This document shows, one piece after another, positions 46,007 to 54,332 of a stretch of DNA of 64,000 bases; the first letter of the stretch is position 1, and every line of letters begins with the position of its first letter. The stretch is from a virus, in the IMG/VR virus record IMGVR_UViG_3300031566_000016, positions 11,154-75,153 of that record, one strand, 5' to 3'. Below the pieces are notes generated by a model. That model was not told the DNA's origin and ran no database searches. It worked only from the letters and a program-made list of their open reading frames with translations. The position numbers and the translations under genes were made by a program.

Positions 46007-46372
46007 ATGGCAGTTACGGACAACCATCTGCACATGGCGATCATGTTTGACGCAGCGGCCTGCTATGAGGTATTCGACCGCATTGGGGACGTAGCGGCAG
46101 CCGAGGCGGCACAAGCAGCCAACGAGCACAACCTGCAATTCCCCTGTTGGATGCCCGGCACCAATGGACGGTTCAGGGAGTTCGACATCCCGCATTTCGG
46201 GAGGAGATCGTCCGTCTTCGTCCTGGCGATCATCGCGGGATACCTTGTCTGGATCTCCCGAAGAGGGAATCAACCCATTCCTGATGACAACGGCTTTCTG
46301 ACCGCTGCGGCTGCTGGTTACGACACTCTCTACGCACCGGGACGAGAACATGCCCTGACCTTGGAATTGTGA
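46007..46372 (+). CDS. Hypothetical protein
   Basis: AGGAGGT + AGATCATG; lower GC. Confidence 0.6.
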   Translation: MAVTDNHLHMAIMFDAAACYEVFDRIGDVAAAEAAQAANEHNLQFPCWMPGTNGRFREFDIPHFGRRSSVFVLAIIAGYLVWISRRGNQPIPDDNGFLTAAAAGYDTLYAPGREHALTLEL

Positions 46373-46381
46373 GGTGACACC

Positions 46382-47383
46382 ATGACACGACTCAAGCTCA
46401 AAGATGGCGCGGTAGCCTTCTCCCCCGACCGGCGCGGCGTCTGGGTGGAGGACGCAGGCGGGGAAGCGGGGTGGGCAGAGGTGGCGGCGCTCCCTGCCGA
46501 CCTCCCCCCGAAGGACCGGGCGCTGGTCGCACAGGCCATCGCCACAAGCGCGCCACAAGCGCCTGTAACGCCCGTTTCGGAGAAATGTGGACCTACGCCA
46601 CCCGGACCGCCTGTAGCGCGCTCAGAGACAAGCCCTGCGCCTGCGCCGCCCGTCGAAGTGCCCGTGGCCGCAGCAGAGCTGGCGGAAGCCCTCCGGCAGG
46701 CCGACGGCCGCCGCGCCGGCGGCAGGCCCCCGAAGCCCGGCCCCTCCCCCGAGGCCGAAGCCGCCGCCGTGGAGCTGGTGCGCGCGAAGGCCGAGGTCGA
46801 ACGCGCCAAGGCCGATTCCCTCCGGGGCGAAGCCGCCGCCCGCATCGAACGGGAACGCGAGCTGCACGAGGCCCGCCTGCGCCGCGAGGAGGACGCCGCC
46901 GACCGGGAAGCCGACCGGCGCCGCGACCGGCCGCAGGCTGAGCTCTCCCCCTCCGACTTGGCACAACAGGCCCGGGACCAACGCCTGCGGGCGCAGATCG
47001 AGCGCGACCGCCTCGAAGCCGACGTGGCCCGGACAACCCGCAAGGACTACAAGGTCCAGCGGAAGCGGGAGATGGAAGCCCAACCGCCCTCGGGGACGAA
47101 CACAATGATCCTGGGGTGTAGCGGCTGGGTCATCGGCGCGGGGGCCGGCGCATTTCTTGCCTGCATCAGCGGCGCAGGGCTGGATGGCAGCGCGGCTGTC
47201 GGCATCGGACTGCTGCTGGTCATGCCGTGGGTGGGGGCGTTCTTGTTGCCGCAGGTGGAGTGGATACCGTACCGGGCGAAGTTGCGGCAGGAGCGGGAGC
47301 GCGAGGAGACGCAGGCGCGGGCGAGACGACGAGAAGAGTACCTGGCCATGAGAGCGGCCACAACTACAGAGGAGGCGAGATAG
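46382..47383 (+). CDS. Coiled-coil membrane protein (two C-terminal TM segments)
   Basis: Pro-rich linker, Glu/Arg coil, hydrophobic hairpin. Confidence 0.7.
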   Translation: MTRLKLKDGAVAFSPDRRGVWVEDAGGEAGWAEVAALPADLPPKDRALVAQAIATSAPQAPVTPVSEKCGPTPPGPPVARSETSPAPAPPVEVPVAAAELAEALRQADGRRAGGRPPKPGPSPEAEAAAVELVRAKAEVERAKADSLRGEAAARIERERELHEARLRREEDAADREADRRRDRPQAELSPSDLAQQARDQRLRAQIERDRLEADVARTTRKDYKVQRKREMEAQPPSGTNTMILGCSGWVIGAGAGAFLACISGAGLDGSAAVGIGLLLVMPWVGAFLLPQVEWIPYRAKLRQEREREETQARARRREEYLAMRAATTTEEAR

Positions 47384-47385
47384 AC

Positions 47386-47631
47386 ATGCGAGGACTCATC
47401 GGCACAATCAAGCACCTGCGGCCCGGGCTCTACAAGGTGGCGCGCGGCCTCGGGGACGTGCAGGCCCTGGCCAGCGGCAAACCCCGCGTCGTGGGGCGCA
47501 GACTCATTCGCAAGACGGCAGGCCACGCTTACTCACAATTGGCGGGAGGCCGTGGCGGGTTCGTTTCGGTGCTGCTGGACATCGCGCTGATGCTGCTGGG
47601 GCGCGGCGTCGGCGGACGGGGGCGGTGGTAG
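47386..47631 (+). CDS. Small basic, possibly membrane-associated protein
   Basis: LYKVARGLGDVQALASGKPRVVGRRLIRK; AGGAGG RBS. Confidence 0.6.
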   Translation: MRGLIGTIKHLRPGLYKVARGLGDVQALASGKPRVVGRRLIRKTAGHAYSQLAGGRGGFVSVLLDIALMLLGRGVGGRGRW

Positions 47632-47634
47632 GAG

Positions 47635-47796
47635 ATGGACGACTTCAAGATCGTCAACATTCACGAGTTGGTCGAGAAGTTGCGAGAGATCGCGACGTTC
47701 CCCTACTACAGCGAGGAACAAAGAGACCTGATGCTGGTAGAGGAGCTGCTCGCGGTTCTGGGCGAAGATGTCAAAGAGGCCTTCGACGAAAGGTAG
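47635..47796 (+). CDS. 53-aa acidic protein
   Basis: Not in ORF track: MDDFKIVNIHELVEKLREIATFPYYSEEQRDLMLVEELLAVLGEDVKEAFDER. Confidence 0.55.
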   Translation: MDDFKIVNIHELVEKLREIATFPYYSEEQRDLMLVEELLAVLGEDVKEAFDER

Positions 47797-47799
47797 CGG

Positions 47800-48006
47800 A
47801 TAGCCACGAAGACGACGACCTGCCGCACCTGCCGACACCACGAGAAGGGACCCCGCGGCTCCTTGTGCCGGCACCCCAAGCACATCATCACCGTCCCCGA
47901 CATCATCCGGGGCGGAGAGGTCCAGTTCCCGCAGAGCTGCGTCGTGCTGGCGGCGCGCATGGTGGGCGACTGCCCACATCACGAAGAGGAGAGTGAGAAG
48001 CTATGA
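47800..48006 (+). CDS. Small Cys/His protein with apparent ATA start
   Basis: (M)ATKTTTCRTCRH...LCRHPK...C...CPHHE; resembles 35971..36189; ATGA overlap downstream. Confidence 0.5.
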   Translation: MATKTTTCRTCRHHEKGPRGSLCRHPKHIITVPDIIRGGEVQFPQSCVVLAARMVGDCPHHEEESEKL

Positions 48007-49058
48007 GCACCGAGACCGCGCCGAAGACGATCACCCTGGGGGACTGGCTCAAGGGCATGACCCGCATGGTGGCGGGACTAGGCGCAAATGGATTCTATGC
48101 AGCGGCAGAGGTCGGGCCGACCACATACATCGGCGAGGGCCCGACCCCCGAGGACGCGCTGCAGGAGCTCGCCGAGACCGTCTGCGGCCCCGGCACGCTG
48201 CTGGACCTCGGGCGCTCCGCCAAGTGGGCGGCGGCCCACGGCCCCGACGGAGTGGCCGGCCTATCCGAGGGGGAATGCGGAGTGGTCGAGGTGAAGGATG
48301 GGGCGCTGCGACTCATGGAGACGCTGGGGACGCCCGAGTATCACACGGAGGGCGACCAGCTCATCGTGGAATACCGCAAGGCACCAAACGACACCGCCGG
48401 CCTGGCCGAGGGGGAATGGGGTGTCGTCGTCTGCCGCGAGGGGAAGCTACTCCTAGATGACAAGATCACGCCGGAGATCATGGAGCGCATCGGGCCATTC
48501 TTCTCCCGGAGAGTGCGGGACAACGACACCCCTACCGCGCGCGCCCCCAACACCTGCGAGACCGGCCTGCCCGTCGTCTACCCGGACCCGCCCGCCGAGA
48601 CCCGAACGGAGAACCTCCAGCGCCGCGTGGATGAGCATATCGCAGCGCACCCCGAGGTACTGGGCAACGCCCACGATGGCAAGGTGACGATCTCACTGCC
48701 CTCCGAGGGCCCGGCCGACCGCCTCGCCGAGGCCATCATCGGACTCGCCGAACGCTGCCACGCCACCAAGACGGCACCCAGCCTCGACACCGATGTGGAA
48801 CGGGGCGGCATCCGGGATACCCTGAACCGCGTCAGCGCCTGGGCTGCCGAACACATGGGAGAAGGGACCGTGCTGCAGCACCATACCGCTAACGGCATTC
48901 TCCTGCAACTGCAGCATGGCGGCAGGACGTTTCCCGATGCACAGATATACTACGATCTGAAGCGCCTCACGCCCGGCGACTTCTCCCGCCAAGTGGACGA
49001 GATGCTGGCGGCCTGGGAGAAACTGCTGAAAGGGATGAAGGAGGAAGACCATGAGTGA
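48003..49058 (+). CDS. Hypothetical protein
   Basis: 351 aa; internal repeat AGLSEGECGVV / AGLAEGEWGVV. Confidence 0.65.
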   Translation: MSTETAPKTITLGDWLKGMTRMVAGLGANGFYAAAEVGPTTYIGEGPTPEDALQELAETVCGPGTLLDLGRSAKWAAAHGPDGVAGLSEGECGVVEVKDGALRLMETLGTPEYHTEGDQLIVEYRKAPNDTAGLAEGEWGVVVCREGKLLLDDKITPEIMERIGPFFSRRVRDNDTPTARAPNTCETGLPVVYPDPPAETRTENLQRRVDEHIAAHPEVLGNAHDGKVTISLPSEGPADRLAEAIIGLAERCHATKTAPSLDTDVERGGIRDTLNRVSAWAAEHMGEGTVLQHHTANGILLQLQHGGRTFPDAQIYYDLKRLTPGDFSRQVDEMLAAWEKLLKGMKEEDHE

Positions 49059-49326
49059 CCTGCTCGAACGCTTCAAGGTCGGCTGCTGCCTCGCCAAACG
49101 CGCCGGCACCGCCGTCACGCTCACCTACGATCAGGCGGAGGAGATTCTCGCCACCTGGTCCGCCGCCGAAGAACTCGCCGGGCTCGACCCGCTGACTATC
49201 GGACCCGACGGCCCGGACCATGTTGTCGTCGGCGTCCGCAAGATCGAGTGGACCGCCGAACGCCTCACCAACGAGGAGGCCCGTGCCGCCGCCGTGCGCC
49301 TGGGCGCCCTCTCCGAACGCACCTGA
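49051..49326 (+). CDS. Hypothetical protein
   Basis: AAGGAGG RBS. Confidence 0.55.
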   Translation: MSDLLERFKVGCCLAKRAGTAVTLTYDQAEEILATWSAAEELAGLDPLTIGPDGPDHVVVGVRKIEWTAERLTNEEARAAAVRLGALSERT

Positions 49327-49410
49327 CCGCCACAACACGCCCGGCGCCGGACTGCCTCGCCCCGCGCCGCGGCCCCCACCTCACCCGCGAGAGCCACCGA
49401 AAAGGAGACG

Positions 49411-49764
49411 ATGACGATGACACAATGGGAGTACAGCATCGAGGTGGGGGGCAACAGCGACTCGTATCAGCACACCACACAACGCTTGATTCAATTCGGT
49501 TCCGAAGGGTGGGAACTGTGCGGAGTTCACGACGGGGACCAGCCCGGATGCATTTTCTACTACTTCAAGCGCCCGAAGGCCGAAGCCACCGCCCCCGTGC
49601 CGACCGACACCGAACTGCTCGACGCCCTGGAACGCAACTTCCACGGCTGCCATGTCGGCCCCGAGCGCGTCCTCGCCGAGATCGTCGTGCCCCATGACTG
49701 CGACAGCGCCCGTGACGCGGCCCATGCCATCCTCAACACGAGGGGGGGCGCCACCCATGTCTGA
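49411..49764 (+). CDS. DUF4177-like protein
   Basis: QWEY...FGSEGWEL...YYFKRP. Confidence 0.6.
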   Translation: MTMTQWEYSIEVGGNSDSYQHTTQRLIQFGSEGWELCGVHDGDQPGCIFYYFKRPKAEATAPVPTDTELLDALERNFHGCHVGPERVLAEIVVPHDCDSARDAAHAILNTRGGATHV

Positions 49765-50389
49765 CGCCTGGGCCGAACCCGCACCACGCAAGCAACGACA
49801 GCTTCCCGACGTGCTCACCGACGACGAGGTAGACCGCCTCCTCGCCGCGCCCAACATCCGCACCCACACCGGCCTCCGCGACCGCGCCATCATGGAAGTC
49901 GCCCTCCGCGCCGGCCTGCGTGTCTCGGAAATATGCGACCTGCGCGCCGACGCCGTGGACCTCGACACCGGCTGGTTGCACGTCCGCCACGGCAAGCGCG
50001 ACAAGTCCCGCGACCTCGCCATCGGCCCGCGCCTCGCCCCCTGGCTGCAACGCTGGGTCGAGATCCGCCCCGAGAGTCCCTACTTCTTCTGCTCCGTCTG
50101 GTCCGGCCACGCCACTGGCAACCCGCCCGGCCAGCGCCTCTCCCGACAAGCGATCGGAGAGACCTTTCGCCGCTACGCGGGGAAGGCCGGGGTCGCCCCG
50201 CGGGAGGAGGGGATGCACCCGGCGCGACCCCATGGCTTCCGGCACAAGTTTGCGACTGAGGCGGTGCGGGCGGGAGTATCGGTCTTCGTGCTGCAGAAGC
50301 TGATGGGTCACGCGGATTCGTCTACGACAAGTTTGTATCTGCACATGGAGAGCCGGGACGTAGCCGACGCCATGGCGCAGATCGGATGA
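49757..50389 (+). CDS. Tyrosine recombinase, catalytic domain only
   Basis: RDRA...GLRVSE, HGKRDK, PHGFRH, LMGH, TTSLY; 210 aa, no core-binding or arm domain. Confidence 0.93.
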   Translation: MSDAWAEPAPRKQRQLPDVLTDDEVDRLLAAPNIRTHTGLRDRAIMEVALRAGLRVSEICDLRADAVDLDTGWLHVRHGKRDKSRDLAIGPRLAPWLQRWVEIRPESPYFFCSVWSGHATGNPPGQRLSRQAIGETFRRYAGKAGVAPREEGMHPARPHGFRHKFATEAVRAGVSVFVLQKLMGHADSSTTSLYLHMESRDVADAMAQIG

Positions 50390-50404
50390 AAGGAGACACA
50401 CGGG

Positions 50405-51022
50405 TTGGAACCCATTTGGCTCACTGAAGAAGAAGCAACAACCGCGGTCGCCAAGTGCGCCGCATTCGTCCATGCCCGCCTTGCCGAGACTTCGTCCATA
50501 GGCTTCCGAATAAGTCCAATGTTGGAGCCCCAGAATGACCGAGGTCTGCTCGTCTCAACGAGCATCGGCATCTTGCACAAGCACGACCATCCCTGCCTCA
50601 ACTTCCACGACATGCAGGACGACAACAGCATGGGATTGTACTGGCTGGTCTCGTCGCGACCATCAGACGATGTCATGCGCTATTACGAAGACGAACCTCC
50701 ACCCGACATGTGGGAAGGCATCATCGAGGTCGCGCCGTTCGGGTTTGACTCACGCTTCTATGATGGCTTCATCGTGGGGCCACCATACGAAAGAGCCCCT
50801 AGTGAAGCGGTGTTTTCGCGGTGGACAAGGCTGCTATATCGGTCCATGATGCGAGAGTACATCAAGTGGGCAGAAGAGGAAGAAAAGATCGTGACGCCAG
50901 GGGAACTCACACTCGGAGACGAGTTGGGTATCTTCAATCTGTACACGAAGAGCATACATATGTCAGGGCCTTGGCAAGCGGTTGACCGCGTGCTGGGCGG
51001 CAACTTCTGGTACGAGGACTAA
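50405..51022 (+). CDS. Acidic hypothetical protein
   Basis: AAGGAG RBS, TTG start; lower GC; last gene before terminator. Confidence 0.6.
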   Translation: MEPIWLTEEEATTAVAKCAAFVHARLAETSSIGFRISPMLEPQNDRGLLVSTSIGILHKHDHPCLNFHDMQDDNSMGLYWLVSSRPSDDVMRYYEDEPPPDMWEGIIEVAPFGFDSRFYDGFIVGPPYERAPSEAVFSRWTRLLYRSMMREYIKWAEEEEKIVTPGELTLGDELGIFNLYTKSIHMSGPWQAVDRVLGGNFWYED

Positions 51023-51046
51023 CCGCACCGCCGCCATACACCAACA

Positions 51047-51082
51047 AAGAAGCCGCCTCAGGTGATCCTGGGGCGGCTTCTT
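51047..51082. terminator. Bidirectional terminator-like hairpin at convergence point
   Basis: AAGAAGCCGCCTCAGG-TGAT-CCTGGGGCGGCTTCTT. Confidence 0.8.
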
Positions 51083-51158
51083 CATGTCGAGTAATGGGTC
51101 AGGTCTACTTGGTGCGCGTTTGTCGGTCTGGTGCCGCTGGTGACGCCACGGTGAAGCC

Positions 51159-51602
51159 CTACGGCATGGCCTTCCACACCGTCACGATCAGGCACTCCTC
51201 CAGCCCGAACTCCTTGCGCTGCGTGTTCTCCACAATAAGCCGATCGTCCACCCACAAGACGCCATTTCCAGCATCGCCACAAATCTTGCCAAAATTGTCA
51301 CAATCAGGCGTTGCCGTGTCGAAGCGCAGATCGGGCACCGTCGCCGATGGCTTCTTTGGCACCGGGCGTCGGCGCGTGATGAGCACCCGCAGAGGGAAGT
51401 CGAATGGCGCTGTATGGCCGGCCTTCCTCATGGCTTGCCGCATGAACGGAACCGCCCCCTCCTTCCAAGCCTTCTGCCGTGGCTCATCCGTGCGGGGGCC
51501 TTGCATCGTCTTCCCCGTCTCGCGGTCCTGGTACGGCCGCTGGCGCTTGCGCTCCGGCACCGCCCGGAAAGGGATCACAACCTCAACCAGCACTGTCGCC
51601 AC
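51159..51602 (-). CDS. rusA: RusA-family Holliday junction resolvase
   Basis: PDCDNFGKICGDAGNGVLWVDDRLIV. Confidence 0.9.
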   Translation of the reverse strand: MATVLVEVVIPFRAVPERKRQRPYQDRETGKTMQGPRTDEPRQKAWKEGAVPFMRQAMRKAGHTAPFDFPLRVLITRRRPVPKKPSATVPDLRFDTATPDCDNFGKICGDAGNGVLWVDDRLIVENTQRKEFGLEECLIVTVWKAMP

Positions 51603-51633
51603 AATGGGCCTCCTTCTTCTTCCGCGGTGTGGT

Positions 51634-52323
51634 TCATGTCGCGCTCCCTTTCGTCTTCTCCCTGGCCACCCGCTCCGGCAGCTCCGCCACGGTGACGCCG
51701 ATGGCCTGGGCACGGATGGCGTCGGCGAGGCCCGGCACCGTCTCGATGTCGTAGAACTCGTGGCAATTTATGCGCACATGCCCGGCCCGCCAGTCCGCCG
51801 CCTCATCCAGCACGGCGAGCCGGGCCTCAGCCAGTTCGGCGCGGGCCTCCAGGACTCTGTTCTCCGCCAGCAACGTCTCGACCGCGCACTGCTGCTCGTC
51901 CAGCGATGGGCAGCCGGGGCAGTTTGCCCACGCCGCCGGGACCTTGCCGGATGACATGAACGCGATGCTGGCGGCGAGTTCGTCGCGCTCCTTCTGTAGC
52001 CGCGCCACCGTGAGGCCGGACGCCCGGTTGCAGACCATGTTCAGGGCGCACTTCTCCTCCTCCGACAGGCTCGGCAGATCGGCGCGGAGGTCGTCAATGA
52101 TGCGAATGGCCTCGGCGATCTCCGGGTCGGGTTCGGTGGCGGCACACTTCTCGGCCGCGGCCAGGCGCTGCTCCAACGCGGCGGCGCGGGCAGAGAGTAT
52201 CTGCGCTTTCTCGGCGCTGATGATTTCACATTGGTCGCCATCCGGCGCGAGGATTTGTGATAGTGGTGCGGTCTGTAGATACTCCCTGGCGATTGCAGTC
52301 AACTGCTCCATTAGGTCACTCAC
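51634..52323 (-). CDS. Mosaic coiled-coil hypothetical protein
   Basis: GTG start with GGAGG RBS; coiled segments and Cys cluster. Confidence 0.55.
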   Translation of the reverse strand: MSDLMEQLTAIAREYLQTAPLSQILAPDGDQCEIISAEKAQILSARAAALEQRLAAAEKCAATEPDPEIAEAIRIIDDLRADLPSLSEEEKCALNMVCNRASGLTVARLQKERDELAASIAFMSSGKVPAAWANCPGCPSLDEQQCAVETLLAENRVLEARAELAEARLAVLDEAADWRAGHVRINCHEFYDIETVPGLADAIRAQAIGVTVAELPERVAREKTKGSAT

Positions 52324-52681
52324 GGTCGGCCTCCAATCCGAGGGTGGTGCGGGCAATGATGTCATCGGCCAGCGCGTCGAGTTCTCGGTTCCCCTTAGTC
52401 TGCAGGAAGACCGGAACTTCGTGCAGCACCGCGACAACCCCCGCCGGGCCATCGTCCTCCCTCGGTTCGCAGTGCAGGATTCCGATGGCCTCGTATCGCA
52501 ACCCCTGCCGGGCCAGGGCCACCAGCGCCCGCACCACGTCGGGCGAAGCGGCGTCACGGAAGACGGTGCGCGGGCAGATGTGACAATCGGCGATATCACA
52601 ACGGGCGCAGACAACCTCCGCCTTCTCCGCCAGCGCGTCGAGTTCGGCCAGCAGCGCCTCGGTGATCTCGGGGGCGGTCAT
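52316..52681 (-). CDS. Ead/Ea22-like protein with Cys insert
   Basis: LDALAEKA...AASPDVVRALV. Confidence 0.5.
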   Translation of the reverse strand: MTAPEITEALLAELDALAEKAEVVCARCDIADCHICPRTVFRDAASPDVVRALVALARQGLRYEAIGILHCEPREDDGPAGVVAVLHEVPVFLQTKGNRELDALADDIIARTTLGLEADRE

Positions 52682-53391
52682 GGCGTCACGTCCTTTGGCC
52701 ACCAGCTCGCCGGCCCCACGAACACCTTCCCCGTCGCCGCGTCGATCTTCACCACGTCGCCCTGCGCGTCCGCCACGGCCCGCAACTTGAGGAAGTGCGC
52801 CCCGTCCACCAGCACCACGTCAGCCGGGTCCAGGTACTGCCCGTGCCAGTTGATGCGCCGCTCGCCATCCGTGGGCGCTTCCTGCTCGCCAGCCGCCGCC
52901 AACGGGAAGGCGCGGAAGATGCCGACCGGGTTGCGCTGCCAGGACTGCAGCGGAATGATGCACATGCCCTTCCCGCCGCTGCTGGTGTTCTGCCAGACGT
53001 ACCACGTCGCGCCGTCGAGGTGGTGCAGGATGCCCGTGTGTCCGGCGTCCTGCTTGCAGGTGCCACAACGCGACCCGCAGGGCGACCAGTAGATCAGGTC
53101 GCCGAGCTTCGCGGTCGCCCAGGTCTGTGGCGCGTAGCCGAGGGTGCGAAGGAACTGGGCGGTGCGGGTGGCGCAGCACTTGGCCCCCTCCCAGTCGCCC
53201 TCTCGCCCGAAGGCCGTTGCCTCGACGGCCTCGCGAACGTGCTGCTGGCACCAGCCCAGGGCGGCATAGTGCTCGAAGGTGACGCCGTTGACGCGGGGCG
53301 GCACCTGTCCGGCGGCGCGTTGGCGAATGGCCTCGGTGCAGACGGCGACGAGGTCGGCTGAGGTCTTGTTGGCGTTCACGTACTTTGCCAT
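52678..53391 (-). CDS. CHAP/NlpC-P60-like peptidase with C-terminal copper-amine-oxidase-N-like domain (putative lysin)
   Basis: GWCQQHV (Cys), GDLIYW, GHTGI (His), QN; C-terminal LVDGAHFLKLRAVADAQG. Confidence 0.75.
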   Translation of the reverse strand: MAKYVNANKTSADLVAVCTEAIRQRAAGQVPPRVNGVTFEHYAALGWCQQHVREAVEATAFGREGDWEGAKCCATRTAQFLRTLGYAPQTWATAKLGDLIYWSPCGSRCGTCKQDAGHTGILHHLDGATWYVWQNTSSGGKGMCIIPLQSWQRNPVGIFRAFPLAAAGEQEAPTDGERRINWHGQYLDPADVVLVDGAHFLKLRAVADAQGDVVKIDAATGKVFVGPASWWPKDVTP

Positions 53392-53529
53392 GTTCACTCA
53401 CTTCTCCTTCGTTGCGGGTCGCCCCGCTGCCGCGCTCGGCGGCTATCTGCTACTGATCCTCCATGCCGTACAGCACCTCATCCACTGCTTGCAGCAACCG
53501 GGCTTTGAGGGCGGCGATGAGGCGGCGGA

Positions 53530-54330
53530 TCACTCGCATGGCGCGTCACCGCCCTCCGCCTCGGGGGCGGTGGTTTGCCCGGCCAGGAGGGTGCGGGCGA
53601 GGTCGCGCAGCGTGTCGGACTTCAGATCGAGCGCTTCCCACCTGTGCCCAACCTCCGTCGCAACCGGAAGGCCGCTGCCATCGTCGCGTTCCCCGCTGTC
53701 GCCGAGAATGGTGACCCGTCGCAGGAAGGGCGCATCCTCCAACGCATCGAGCAGCGCCTCCGCGTCCGGGCCGGGCGGCGGCTCCCCGACCGCTGCGTAG
53801 GCGGCGGCCAGCACCACCCCGTCGCACTCGTCGACGGTCGTCGCTACATCAGTCTCGCAGTACTTCTTCGCGCAGGCACCTGCCGCCATGCAGTTGTCAC
53901 AGGCCCAGCCCAGTGGGTGCGGCACAAGGCGCAGGATGTCCCCGTACCACTTCACCAGCCACCGCGCCGCCCCATGCCCCGCCCCCGACTGCTGGAGCGC
54001 GGCGAGGATCACCGTAGCATCGGGCGCATTCTCGTAGAAGCGCACCGCGTCGCCGCGCCGGTTGTCCTTGTCCTCGATAAGCAAGCCAAGTTCTACCAGC
54101 GCCTCAAACTCGGCGTCAGTCCGGTCCATTGACTCCCACACCTGCATGAAGCGCGTCGCCCGCACCGCCTCCGCCGTCACCGCCACCACCACGTCCACAC
54201 TCGCGCCGTCCTCACATACCTCGTCTACATCGGCTACGTGCCCCTCGTGCACGTAGCGGAACACCGTGCTATCCGGCATTCTCAGGTTCACGTACACCGG
54301 GGATTCCTGCCACTGCGCCTGCTCTGCCAT
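53530..54330 (-). CDS. Hypothetical protein
   Basis: AGGAGG RBS; CDNC...C...C...C cluster. Confidence 0.55.
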   Translation of the reverse strand: MAEQAQWQESPVYVNLRMPDSTVFRYVHEGHVADVDEVCEDGASVDVVVAVTAEAVRATRFMQVWESMDRTDAEFEALVELGLLIEDKDNRRGDAVRFYENAPDATVILAALQQSGAGHGAARWLVKWYGDILRLVPHPLGWACDNCMAAGACAKKYCETDVATTVDECDGVVLAAAYAAVGEPPPGPDAEALLDALEDAPFLRRVTILGDSGERDDGSGLPVATEVGHRWEALDLKSDTLRDLARTLLAGQTTAPEAEGGDAPCE

Positions 54331-54332
54331 GT

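Larger units (their letters stand above)
41699..46009 (+). repeat. Family of dispersed intergenic repeats separating small ORFs
   Basis: 34/36 bp match 41971-42006 vs 42801-42836; 20/20 match 41961-41980 vs 42576-42595; AGATCATG at seven start sites. Confidence 0.8.

Noticed and set aside
41699-46009. Repeat family as a CRISPR array or integron attC array
   Set aside because: Repeats are irregular and separated by whole genes; no cas genes; no GTTRRRY/RYYYAAC boxes seen and the recombinase lacks an evident IntI insertion
47794-47796. Genome-wide TAG recoding
   Set aside because: Long genes are intact in the standard code and many genes end at TAG followed by intergenic motifs
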